A stretch of DNA of 32,000 nucleotides from contig JBAZRV010000003.1 of assembly GCA_041662745.1 (NCBI GenBank), positions 1 through 32,000 of the forward strand, given 5' to 3'. A model generated the notes under the pieces. That model made no database searches. It had not been told where the DNA came from and worked only from the letters and a program-made list of their open reading frames with translations. A program made the position numbers and the translations under genes. This document shows, piece after piece, positions 7,699 through 15,893 of the stretch (within the stretch, counting starts at the first letter, position 1; each line of letters starts with the position of its first letter). This DNA comes from Patescibacteria group bacterium. Its GTDB lineage: Bacteria > Patescibacteriota > Patescibacteriia > 2-01-FULL-39-33.

Positions 7699-8238
7699 TT
7701 AAGGAAGCGGTTCATTGGCTCGCTCTTCCATTTTTCTAATAACCTTGGCGTAGCTCTTGCCCTCGTTGTCGGGAGTTAAAAGTTCCACCAAATAAACCGG
7801 TTTGCAAGCCATAAAAGCCATCCCCAGATCAAAGTGCGAGCCGGTTGATTTTGCATCCCAGAAAATGTGTACGCCCAAACATTTTTTCATAGCCTCGGCA
7901 TGGGCCAGGCAAATGTCCATTCCAACGGGGTCGTCCTGATTGACGTCGCGGGGCGGAAAATGGACTTTGAAGCCCTTCTCTTCTAATTTTCTGACATAAT
8001 CGCTTATTACCCGTTGTTGTTGTTCGGTAATATTGCGTACCGGACAGACTAGATAGATGAGATTATTATCAGCGGATGATTCCGGCTGTTGGCGTTTAGG
8101 CCCAGTCCAATAACTGCCCTTTAGGCGCAAATACGACCAACAAGCCAAAGCCAGGGCGTACAATAAAGCCAAGGGAAAGGTGGAGATATAACAGAGGGCG
8201 ACAAAAGCCGATAATACGATATAGTCGCTGATTTGCAT
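7699..8238 (-). CDS. Membrane-anchored nucleoside 2-deoxyribosyltransferase-like (NDT/Rcl-fold) protein
   Basis: 179 aa. SD GGGAGG upstream. N-terminal hydrophobic stretch of about 32 aa (1-2 TM). Then IYLVCPVR.. and ..WDAKSTGSHFDLGMAFMACKPVYLV, which resemble the NDT-family blocks (YxAGPxR; SxGxxxELGxA..KPV). Here Asp replaces the usual Glu. Confidence 0.55.
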   Translation of the reverse strand: MQISDYIVLSAFVALCYISTFPLALLYALALACWSYLRLKGSYWTGPKRQQPESSADNNLIYLVCPVRNITEQQQRVISDYVRKLEEKGFKVHFPPRDVNQDDPVGMDICLAHAEAMKKCLGVHIFWDAKSTGSHFDLGMAFMACKPVYLVELLTPDNEGKSYAKVIRKMEERANEPLP

Positions 8239-8296
8239 GATGATTTCCTCCCTTATATTGTTTAAAGAACTTTGCGTATCATTCCGTTTCCATCAC

Positions 8297-8325
8297 ACTT
8301 TAACATGAGGCGGTTAAAAAAGCAA
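8297..8325 (-). promoter_or_regulatory. Candidate promoter of the NDT-like gene
   Basis: Read on the minus strand: TTGCTT (8320-8325), 17-nt spacer, TGtTAAAGT (-10 at 8297-8302). Confidence 0.5.
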
Positions 8326-8416
8326 GATAACCTTAGCTACATAATCGGCCGTATAATCGGCGCAAATAAACAATGAAATCCCGGCTTGCTGACTAATGAT
8401 CAGGATTGATGCAGCT

Positions 8417-8445
8417 TTGACTTAAGCGGTTAAAAATGATAAAAT
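8417..8445 (+). promoter_or_regulatory. Promoter of the glycosyltransferase operon
   Basis: TTGACT (8417-8422), 17-nt spacer, TGaTAAAAT (-10 at 8440-8445). Confidence 0.7.
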
Positions 8446-8472
8446 TATTGCATAATTATAGCAAAAGATCGC

Positions 8473-9648
8473 ATGAACAAGTCCGTGGCAATAGCCGTTT
8501 GCGCTTGGCCGCCTTTAGGTGGCGGCATTGGCAATAACGCTTATTATCAACTTAAGGAGTTGGCTAAAAACTCCGTTGCGGCTCGCGCTTTCACGCCGGC
8601 TTACTTCGGTATAGACCAGGACGCTTCTTTGCCTGTTTCCTATTTGCCGGCAGTTTTGCCGATTGGCAAGGCCGGTTTTATGAAAGGATTGAAGCGGGAA
8701 CTGGAGCAATTTGATATCATACATTTATATTGGCCGTTTTTTGGCGCCGATTTGCAATTGCTCAGATTCAAACTCCGACATCCGGAAAAGAAACTGGTTT
8801 TGCATTATCAGATGGATCCGGTCGGCCGAGGGATCAGGGCTTGGGTTTTCTGGCTTTATGTAAAATTATTTTTAGGTTCTATCATCAAGTCGGCCGATAG
8901 GGTTTTGGTTTTATCTCTGGATCATGCTCAGCATTCTTATTTGTCGCCTTATCTCAAGCAGTACCCGGAAAAATTTTTGGAATGGCCCAATGGCGTAGAC
9001 ACTGATTTATTCAAACCCTTAGGCAATAAAAGTGAACTGCGCGCTCTGAACAAATTTGGTGTTCAAGATGCCATCGCATTATTTGTCGGCGGTTTGGATC
9101 AGCAACATTTTTTTAAGGGGGTGCCGGTTTTGCTTGAAGCGTTTACGAAAGTAATTAAAACCGTGCCACAGGCCAAATTGATTATTGTCGGCGATGGCAA
9201 TGAGCGGCTGAAGTTTGAGAGCCAAGCCTTGGATCTGGGGCTAAAGGACAACGTTCGTTTTTTGGGCTGGATAAAAAATGAGGCTTTGCCGGTCTGGTAT
9301 AATTTAGCCGATGTTTTTGTTTTGCCTTCCACCAAATCTACCGAAAGTTTTGGCATAGTAGCGGCCGAGGCCCAAGCTTGCGGTCTGCCCGCCATTGTCG
9401 CTTCCTGGCCGGGCGTAAGGCAAACCGTCAAACTGAATGAAACCGGCTTATGGGTGGAACCGAACAACGTTAATGACTTAGCTTTAAAGCTGACTAAACT
9501 TCTTAGCGACGAATCTTTGCGTCAACGTTTCGGCCGAGCCGGTCGAGAACGGACCGGGCGCTTATATGGCTGGACCAATTTGATTTTGCGTTTATTGGAT
9601 ATTTATAACTCACTTTATGTCCCTGTTTCGCCGCCAGAAAAAAAATAA
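8473..9648 (+). CDS. Glycosyltransferase family 4 (GT-B)
   Basis: 391 aa. C-terminal GT4 block LPSTKSTESFGIVAAEAQACGLPAIVASWPG..TGLWVEP. Confidence 0.85.
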   Translation: MNKSVAIAVCAWPPLGGGIGNNAYYQLKELAKNSVAARAFTPAYFGIDQDASLPVSYLPAVLPIGKAGFMKGLKRELEQFDIIHLYWPFFGADLQLLRFKLRHPEKKLVLHYQMDPVGRGIRAWVFWLYVKLFLGSIIKSADRVLVLSLDHAQHSYLSPYLKQYPEKFLEWPNGVDTDLFKPLGNKSELRALNKFGVQDAIALFVGGLDQQHFFKGVPVLLEAFTKVIKTVPQAKLIIVGDGNERLKFESQALDLGLKDNVRFLGWIKNEALPVWYNLADVFVLPSTKSTESFGIVAAEAQACGLPAIVASWPGVRQTVKLNETGLWVEPNNVNDLALKLTKLLSDESLRQRFGRAGRERTGRLYGWTNLILRLLDIYNSLYVPVSPPEKK

Positions 9649-10027
9649 TTTTAGAGCCATTTTACTTTGGCTGTCAGTCGCAGCGTGGTTGGCTTTTATT
9701 TTTAGCTTGTCCGCCCAACCCAGTTTTCCTGTTAATTTTACGGTTAACGAATACCAAACGATTTCTTCCTTAGCCCATATTGCTTTGTATGTTATTTTGG
9801 CTTTTTTGGTGGCCGAGGCCGCAGCGGCTTCAGGCGTTAGCCGGCGTCAAACCTTGATTGCCGCTTTAGCGGTTTGCGCTATTTACGGCGCTCTTGATGA
9901 ATGGCATCAATCCTTCGTGCTGGGCCGGGAAGCCAGTCTGAATGATTGGTTGTTGGATGCAATTGCCGCCTTAGCGGTCGTGTTTTTCTATGCTTTTATT
10001 CAGCGCCTTAAATTGATTGACCGTTAA
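9617..10027 (+). CDS. VanZ-like family membrane protein
   Basis: 136 aa with 4 hydrophobic helices. YGALDEWHQSFVLGREASLNDWLLDAIAA matches the VanZ-like motif (DExHQ..pgR..D). Overlaps the upstream GT4 gene by 32 nt. Confidence 0.75.
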   Translation: MSLFRRQKKNNFRAILLWLSVAAWLAFIFSLSAQPSFPVNFTVNEYQTISSLAHIALYVILAFLVAEAAAASGVSRRQTLIAALAVCAIYGALDEWHQSFVLGREASLNDWLLDAIAALAVVFFYAFIQRLKLIDR

Positions 10028-10028
10028 T

Positions 10029-11186
10029 ATGAAGATTGCCGTCATCCATTCCATTTATCAACCTTACACTCGCGGCGGGGCGGAGGTAATGGTGTCTAAC
10101 GTCGTCAGCGGACTCAAGGGCCGCGGACACGAAGTCTTTGTCGTTACGGTCGGTTATGAAAATAAAATGGAAGTGATTGATGGAATTAAGGTTTATCGCA
10201 TCAAGCCGTTCAATCTTTTTAATTTTTTAGACATCAATCGCCAGCCGGTTTGGAAGCGCTTGTTCTGGCATTTATTGGATATGTTCAATGACGTTCAGAC
10301 TTGGCGGATTTATAAAGTCCTTCTGGCTGAAAAACCGGAGTTGGCCCTGACGCACAACCTTAAAGGTTTGGGTTACCAGATTCCGCCCCTATTGAGATTA
10401 TTGAAGATTAAGCACATCCATACCATCCATGACATGCAATTAATCCATCCTTCGGGATTGATTACCGACGATCCCAAATTCAAGCTTAATTTTTTTGTCC
10501 GGCTGTATGCCAGATTCTGTCGCGAATTGTTTAATAATCCCGATGTGGTGGTTTTCCCCTCAGATTATATCAGATTGGTTTATCGCCGTTATAAATTATT
10601 TACCAAGGCTAAGGTGGAAATATTGGGCAATCCATTATTAGTTAAACCGCAAAAAACCAAAACCGCAAAAAATCAAGTCTTTACTTTAGCGTTTATCGGC
10701 CAACTGGAACTGTATAAAGGCATCATTGACTTGATTAAGGCCGCCAATCGTTTGACCGGTAATTGGCAGTTGCTTATCGCCGGCGACGGCCAGGCTGAAA
10801 AGGAGGCGCGCCGCGTGGCCATTGATAATCCGCGGATTAAGTTTCTCGGCCGTTTGGATCAGGCGGGGCTTGAACACAAAATTTGGTCAGAGGCGGATGT
10901 GTTAGTAAACCCTAGTCGAACCGCCGAGAGTTTTGGCATGGTAGTCATTGAGTCTTACGCGCACGGCGTTCCGGTGATCGCCTCTAAAATCGGAGCTTTG
11001 CCGGAATTGGTTAAAGACGGCCAAACCGGTTGGCTGGTTAAGCCGGGCAATCCCGATGACTTGAAGCGACAATTGGAATTTATCATTGACAATCGAGATC
11101 ATTTGACTCCGCTCGCCGATAACTGCTTGGCGGAAGCGGAAAAATACACGATTGATAATTATTTGAATCGATTTTTGGAATTATGA
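10029..11186 (+). CDS. Glycosyltransferase family 4 (GT-B)
   Basis: ATG 10029 (MKIAVIHSIY..) begins 1 nt after the VanZ stop. The track's TTG 10017 is less likely. GT4 block: NPSRTAESFGMVVIESYAHGVPVIASKIGALPELVKDGQTGWLV. Confidence 0.85.
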   Translation: MKIAVIHSIYQPYTRGGAEVMVSNVVSGLKGRGHEVFVVTVGYENKMEVIDGIKVYRIKPFNLFNFLDINRQPVWKRLFWHLLDMFNDVQTWRIYKVLLAEKPELALTHNLKGLGYQIPPLLRLLKIKHIHTIHDMQLIHPSGLITDDPKFKLNFFVRLYARFCRELFNNPDVVVFPSDYIRLVYRRYKLFTKAKVEILGNPLLVKPQKTKTAKNQVFTLAFIGQLELYKGIIDLIKAANRLTGNWQLLIAGDGQAEKEARRVAIDNPRIKFLGRLDQAGLEHKIWSEADVLVNPSRTAESFGMVVIESYAHGVPVIASKIGALPELVKDGQTGWLVKPGNPDDLKRQLEFIIDNRDHLTPLADNCLAEAEKYTIDNYLNRFLEL

Positions 11187-12061
11187 AAGCTTTAATTATT
11201 TTCAATCCTACCGCCGGAGTTCTGGCTAAATCCGATGTTAAGGGATTAGTAACGGCCAGGCTTCAATCTTTGGGTTATCAGCCTGATGTTTTGGTTTTGG
11301 ATTTTGATTTTGAGTCCAAAATGGAAACTTATAATACCGATGGTTTGCGCTTGATCGTGGCGGTCGGCGGAGACGGGACGGTCAAGGTGGCGGCCCGAGA
11401 AATTATTCAGCGCAAATTGGCCGTGCCGTTGGCGATCATTCCTTTTGGTTCGGCCAATGTCCTTGCCTCAACTCTGGGTTTGCCCTTGGATATGTTCGAT
11501 GCCCTGGGTTTATTGCAAGGAATGAAAACCAAGAAAATCGATGTCGGCGTTATTAATCGCCAGATATACTTTATTGTCGGCTTTTCTCTGGGCTATGTGT
11601 CTTCTATTATTATCCATACTGAAAAAGATCTTAAAAATCGCTTCGGTTATCTGGGTTATTTGTTTAAATTTTTATGGAATAAAATCAGGATTTTCCGCAT
11701 TAAGTTTCGCATTGAAACGCAGAATAAGGTTTTTTGGGTCAGGGGCAATAGCTTGATTATTTTCAACGCTTTTAAATTTTTCGGTTTAGAGCCGAAGAAG
11801 CCGGTAAGCATTACCGATGGAATCTTAAATCTTTATATTGTTACCAATAAGACTTTCTTAACTTTGTTGCAGGCGGCTTTGGGGGTGTTGTTTTATGTCA
11901 AGCCGCCGCGTCATATTTTTACTTTGGATAATCGTTATTTTAAAATCAGAGTCAAGCGTCGCCATTTAAAAACCGCTCAAGTGGACGGTGATCGCATTAA
12001 GGCGCCGAAAGTAATGGAGGTAGAATGTCTGCCTCAAGCGCTGGAAGTGGTGGTAAAATAA
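11183..12061 (+). CDS. Diacylglycerol kinase-family lipid kinase (YegS/DagK-like)
   Basis: 292 aa. IIFNPTAG.., LIVAVGGDGTV and IIPFGSANV are DAGK catalytic-domain motifs. ATGA start/stop overlap with the upstream GT4 gene. Confidence 0.8.
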   Translation: MKALIIFNPTAGVLAKSDVKGLVTARLQSLGYQPDVLVLDFDFESKMETYNTDGLRLIVAVGGDGTVKVAAREIIQRKLAVPLAIIPFGSANVLASTLGLPLDMFDALGLLQGMKTKKIDVGVINRQIYFIVGFSLGYVSSIIIHTEKDLKNRFGYLGYLFKFLWNKIRIFRIKFRIETQNKVFWVRGNSLIIFNAFKFFGLEPKKPVSITDGILNLYIVTNKTFLTLLQAALGVLFYVKPPRHIFTLDNRYFKIRVKRRHLKTAQVDGDRIKAPKVMEVECLPQALEVVVK

Positions 12062-12086
12062 AAAAAGCCGCATTTGCGTAGCGGCT
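12055..12086 (-). terminator. Intrinsic terminator of the minus-strand zinc-ribbon gene
   Basis: agccgc (12066-12071) pairs with gcggct (12081-12086). The plus-strand A-run at 12055-12066 is the T-tract on the minus strand. Confidence 0.65.
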
Positions 12087-12100
12087 CAACAAGGTGCAAA

Positions 12101-12358
12101 TCAAGGCGGAGCAGAGATTTCTGACGGTTTATCGCCGGAAGCGGTTTCCAAAGGCGGCTGACCGCAAGAAGTGCAGACATTAAGAGTGCACTTTGCCCCG
12201 TCACTTTCCGGATTTTTTAGTCCTGTACCGCACTTAAGGCAAATGCATCCGCCGTTAATAGAACTGATAACTGAAAGATCAAAATATTCGCCGCCGCAAG
12301 TCCTGAGTTCCAATGGTTTTCCGCAAGCCGAACAAACCGGTTGCTTCTGATTTTCCAT
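12101..12358 (-). CDS. Small Cys-rich zinc-ribbon protein (85 aa)
   Basis: ATG 12358 (MENQKQ..) is preceded by GGGAGGA. The track start 12373 lies within the SD region. CSAC, CICLKC and CTSC motifs, with a Pro/Ser-rich tail. Confidence 0.65.
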   Translation of the reverse strand: MENQKQPVCSACGKPLELRTCGGEYFDLSVISSINGGCICLKCGTGLKNPESDGAKCTLNVCTSCGQPPLETASGDKPSEISAPP

Positions 12359-12449
12359 GTCCAGTCCTCCCAAAGTTGTCCGTTTTGATGGTTTTTCTGT
12401 TGTTTAAAAATACGTTGCCTTTAGTTATTTTTATCATAGATCTGATTTT

Positions 12450-12477
12450 TTGGCAAACCGGCTGATTATGTTATAAT
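12450..12477 (+). promoter_or_regulatory. Promoter of the beta-CASP gene
   Basis: TTGGCA (12450-12455), 16-nt spacer, TGtTATAAT (-10 at 12472-12477). Confidence 0.65.
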
Positions 12478-12503
12478 GAATTCAAGGATTAACCGCTAAA
12501 CCA

Positions 12504-13868
12504 ATGGATATTTCTTTTCATGGCGCCGCCGGAGAAGTGACCGGTTCCTGTATTTTGGTCAAAACAAAAAAGACCAAATTTTTAGTGGACTGCGGCATGT
12601 TTCAGGGCAGTCAGTTTGCCCGCCAAGAGAACTTTGAGGCCTGGCCGTTTGAGCCGGCCGAGATTGATTTTGTTGTTTTGACCCACGCCCACATTGATCA
12701 TTGCGGCCGTTTACCCAAGCTTTATGCCGATGGTTTTAGGGGCAAGATTTATTGCACCGGCGCCACTAAGGAGTTGACGGCAATAATCTTGTTGGATGCC
12801 GCCAAGGTCATTAAAGAGGAGGTTCGGCGCCATGGCGGAGAAGTGCTGTATCGCGATAAAGACGTTTATGGCGTCATTCCCTTGCTGTGGTCGTTGAACT
12901 ACGATCAAAAGCAAAAATTAAGCGCTGATGTCGCCGTTTGCCTGCGCGATGCCGGACATATTTTGGGTTCGGCTATAGCCGAAGTCTGGGTTAAGGAAGG
13001 ACTCAAGGCTCAAAAAATAGTTTTTTCCGGCGATTTGGGTAATCCGCCGGCGCCGATTGTGCGCGATACCGAGTTTATTTCCGGCGCCGATTACGTTGTC
13101 GTAGAATCAACTTATGGCGGGAGAATCCATGAGCCGGCGGAAATGCGTTCGCAGATCTTGCGCCAATCAATCTTGGATTCCATCGGCCGCGGCGGCGTAT
13201 TAATGATTCCGACTTTCGCCTTGGAACGAACGCAAGAAGTGTTGTACGAATTGAACTACCTCCATGAGACCCGCCAGATTCCCAGGGTGCCGGTTTATTT
13301 GGACAGCCCTCTGGCCATAGACGCCTTGGATATTTATAAACGCCATACGCAACTGTTTGATGCTGAAGCTAAAGAGCGGATCAGTTCCGGCGATGCCTTG
13401 TTTAATTTTGAGGGGTTGGAATTGGCGCGGACCGCAGAGCAATCTAAGCGCATTAACCGCGTGGCGGCGCCCAAAGTCATTTTGGCCGGTAGCGGCATGG
13501 CTAATGGCGGCCGTATCTTGTTTCATTTAAAATTATATCTGCCTAACAGTAAAAGCCAATTATTGATTATCAGTTATCAAGCGGAAGGGTCGTTGGGCCG
13601 ATTACTGAAAGATGGCGCTAAGAAGGTTACTATTGACGGAGAGAAGGTGGAAGTTAAAGCCAAGATTACCGCTATCGGGAGTTATTCTTCCCATGCCGAC
13701 CAGCCCAAGCTGTTGCATTGGCTTAAGACCATTAATTCTCCCAAGCCTAAGATTGTTTTTATAAATCATGGCGAAGAAAAATCTTCTTTGATGTTGGCTG
13801 ACGGCATTAGGCAGAAATTGGGGATAGAAGTGACTATTCCGAAAAGGGACCAGCAATTTACTATTTAG
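12504..13868 (+). CDS. MBL-fold beta-CASP ribonuclease (CPSF73/RNase J-like)
   Basis: 454 aa. HAHIDHCGRLP (HxHxDH), SGDLG, VESTYG and SYSSHAD motifs. Confidence 0.85.
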   Translation: MDISFHGAAGEVTGSCILVKTKKTKFLVDCGMFQGSQFARQENFEAWPFEPAEIDFVVLTHAHIDHCGRLPKLYADGFRGKIYCTGATKELTAIILLDAAKVIKEEVRRHGGEVLYRDKDVYGVIPLLWSLNYDQKQKLSADVAVCLRDAGHILGSAIAEVWVKEGLKAQKIVFSGDLGNPPAPIVRDTEFISGADYVVVESTYGGRIHEPAEMRSQILRQSILDSIGRGGVLMIPTFALERTQEVLYELNYLHETRQIPRVPVYLDSPLAIDALDIYKRHTQLFDAEAKERISSGDALFNFEGLELARTAEQSKRINRVAAPKVILAGSGMANGGRILFHLKLYLPNSKSQLLIISYQAEGSLGRLLKDGAKKVTIDGEKVEVKAKITAIGSYSSHADQPKLLHWLKTINSPKPKIVFINHGEEKSSLMLADGIRQKLGIEVTIPKRDQQFTI

Positions 13869-13880
13869 AAAAAACGGATT

Positions 13881-14891
13881 ATGCCGGCTAAACGCGCAGC
13901 AACTAAGCGGACAAGCAGGATTAACAAAACAATCGGCAGTCAACGGCTTTTTTTATTGCTGGCGTTTTTTTTTGTTTTGATCCTGGCAGTTTTTAAAATT
14001 AACGGCCTGACGATTAAAACGCAAGCCGCCGATCCAACCAACGTTGACAGCCAAATTATTGAAACCTATTTGTCGGCAAAATATGATGATGCCGGGACCG
14101 TTTTGGTTTCCGGTGACCCGCGGGCGGAGTATCGGCCGATTATTTTGGAACAGCCCAAAGCGTCTTGCCCCGATTCGGATTTCTCTTCTTACGTTTCCGC
14201 CACCGTTTATAAGGCGCCGCTTGCCGTTTTAATGTATCATCATATCGCCCCGGTTCCCGAGGACAGCGTTTTGCCGGGACTGTATCATAATCCGGAAATT
14301 TTTGAAGATCAATTGCGGACGTTGAAGCTCAATTGCTATAAAGGGATTTTTGTCTCAGAGATCGGACAGTATTTGCAAGGCAATCAGCGCTTGCCGGCCA
14401 AGCCGATTGCTTTGACTTTTGATGATGGCTATGATGACATGTATGCCAATGCTTTCCCGTTGCTCAAAAAATACGGCATGAGAGGCACGATGTACATTAT
14501 CGTAGAGGCCTTGGGGTTGCCGGGCTATCTGACCAAGGAGCAAGTTAAAGAAATGGCCGAGAGCGGTTATGTGGAGATAGCTTCCCATACCCTGAGCCAC
14601 GCTAATTTGAAGTCTGTATCCGATGGCAAATCTTGGAAAGAGATTTCTGAAAGTAAGAAAGAATTAGAAAAAATTAGCGGCCGGCCCGTTACTGATTTAG
14701 CTTATCCCTTTGGTTATTTTCGCCAGCGTGAAGAAAATTATTGCCGTGAAGCCGGTTATCTGACTTGCGCCTCCACCTATCAAGGAGCGGTTCAATCGTT
14801 GGATCGCCGTTATTCGCTTTTTCGTTTGCGTCCCGGCAGCCTTACCGGCAATGATTTGTTAAGTTTTATTGATAAATACATTTCGCTTTAG
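13881..14891 (+). CDS. Polysaccharide deacetylase (NodB homology domain), N-terminally membrane-anchored
   Basis: 336 aa. N-terminal TM (LFLLLAFFFVLILAVF). LTFDDGYDD, EIASHTLSH and LAYPFG motifs. Confidence 0.85.
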   Translation: MPAKRAATKRTSRINKTIGSQRLFLLLAFFFVLILAVFKINGLTIKTQAADPTNVDSQIIETYLSAKYDDAGTVLVSGDPRAEYRPIILEQPKASCPDSDFSSYVSATVYKAPLAVLMYHHIAPVPEDSVLPGLYHNPEIFEDQLRTLKLNCYKGIFVSEIGQYLQGNQRLPAKPIALTFDDGYDDMYANAFPLLKKYGMRGTMYIIVEALGLPGYLTKEQVKEMAESGYVEIASHTLSHANLKSVSDGKSWKEISESKKELEKISGRPVTDLAYPFGYFRQREENYCREAGYLTCASTYQGAVQSLDRRYSLFRLRPGSLTGNDLLSFIDKYISL

Positions 14892-14920
14892 GTCGGAATC
14901 AGTTCATTAATTTTTCAAAT

Positions 14921-14957
14921 AAAAAAAGAACCAGCCGATTGCTCGACTGGATCTTTT
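14921..14957. terminator. Bidirectional intrinsic terminator between convergent genes
   Basis: ccagccga (14931-14938) pairs with tcgactgg (14943-14950) with one mismatch, loop ttgc. A7 upstream supplies a T-run for the minus-strand rbp gene. T4 lies downstream. Confidence 0.65.
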
Positions 14958-14969
14958 AGTAGGCAGTGA

Positions 14970-15269
14970 TTAGTAGCGTCCTTGTCCGCCGGAGAAACCG
15001 CCACGGTCTCCCGTGCGTTTTTCCTGAGGACGAGCTTCGCTGACTTTGATCTCTCTGCCCATCATGTCTTTTCCGTTTAAGGTTTCAATGGCAGTCTGGG
15101 CTTCCTCATCAGAGGACATTTCCACAAAGCCGAATCCCTTAGACCGTCCGGTTTCCCGATCGGTAATAACAGAGGCTGACACAACGGTACCGGCGGGGGA
15201 AAAGAAGTCTTTCAAATCATCATTGGTAGCGCTATAAGCGATTCCGCCGACATAAAGTTTGCTGGTCAT
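14970..15269 (-). CDS. RRM-type RNA-binding protein with Arg/Gly-rich tail
   Basis: ATG 15269 (MTSKLYVGGI..). RNP2 is LYVGGI and RNP1 is KGFGFVEM. The tail reads RTGDRGGFSGGQGRY. The track start 15320 adds 17 unlikely residues. Confidence 0.85.
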   Translation of the reverse strand: MTSKLYVGGIAYSATNDDLKDFFSPAGTVVSASVITDRETGRSKGFGFVEMSSDEEAQTAIETLNGKDMMGREIKVSEARPQEKRTGDRGGFSGGQGRY

Positions 15270-15371
15270 AATTGTAGCTGTTTTTAATTTTAATTTATCC
15301 GTTGGCCAGACCTTTAGCACTTAAACATGGTTTAGAGAATGCACTTAAGTAGTTAACCTACGAACACTTTA

Positions 15372-15400
15372 AGTATATCACAGATTAAATAAAAAGTCAA
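15372..15400 (-). promoter_or_regulatory. Promoter of the RRM gene
   Basis: Read on the minus strand: TTGACT (15395-15400), 17-nt spacer, TGaTATACT (-10 at 15372-15377). This implies a leader of about 95 nt. Confidence 0.65.
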
Positions 15401-15457
15401 TAGCCAGGAGATTATAACGTATTTATTGGCAAATATCATTATTATCATTAAACAATT

Positions 15458-15889
15458 ATGCCGCTTACCATTAAAGTAAAAAAGTTATCACCCGAGGCCA
15501 GACTGCCCAAATACGCCCATCCGGGCGATGCCGGCATGGATGTTTATGCCATCAGCAAGAATGAGACGGATAAATACGTGGAGTATGGCACGGGCTTGTC
15601 ATTTGAATTGCCCCCCGATCATATGTTGCTGTTGTATCCCAGGAGCAGCGTGGCTAACACCGATTTGCTGCTGGCCAATTCTGTCGGCGTTATTGATTCG
15701 GGTTATCGGGGCGAGCTTAAAGTAAGGTTTCGCAAATCCGGAGATAATGATTATGCTGTCGGCGATCGCATTGCTCAAATCATTATCCTGCCCTTCCCGC
15801 AGGTGGAGTTTAGCGAGGCGGCAGAGTTGTCGGCCAGCCAACGGGGAGCCGGCGCTTTCGGTTCTACCGGAATAAATACTATTTTATAA
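15458..15889 (+). CDS. dut: dUTP diphosphatase
   Basis: 143 aa. HPGDAGMDVYA, GVIDSGYRGEL, RIAQIII and RGAGAFGSTG motifs. Confidence 0.95.
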   Translation: MPLTIKVKKLSPEARLPKYAHPGDAGMDVYAISKNETDKYVEYGTGLSFELPPDHMLLLYPRSSVANTDLLLANSVGVIDSGYRGELKVRFRKSGDNDYAVGDRIAQIIILPFPQVEFSEAAELSASQRGAGAFGSTGINTIL

Positions 15890-15893
15890 TAAT

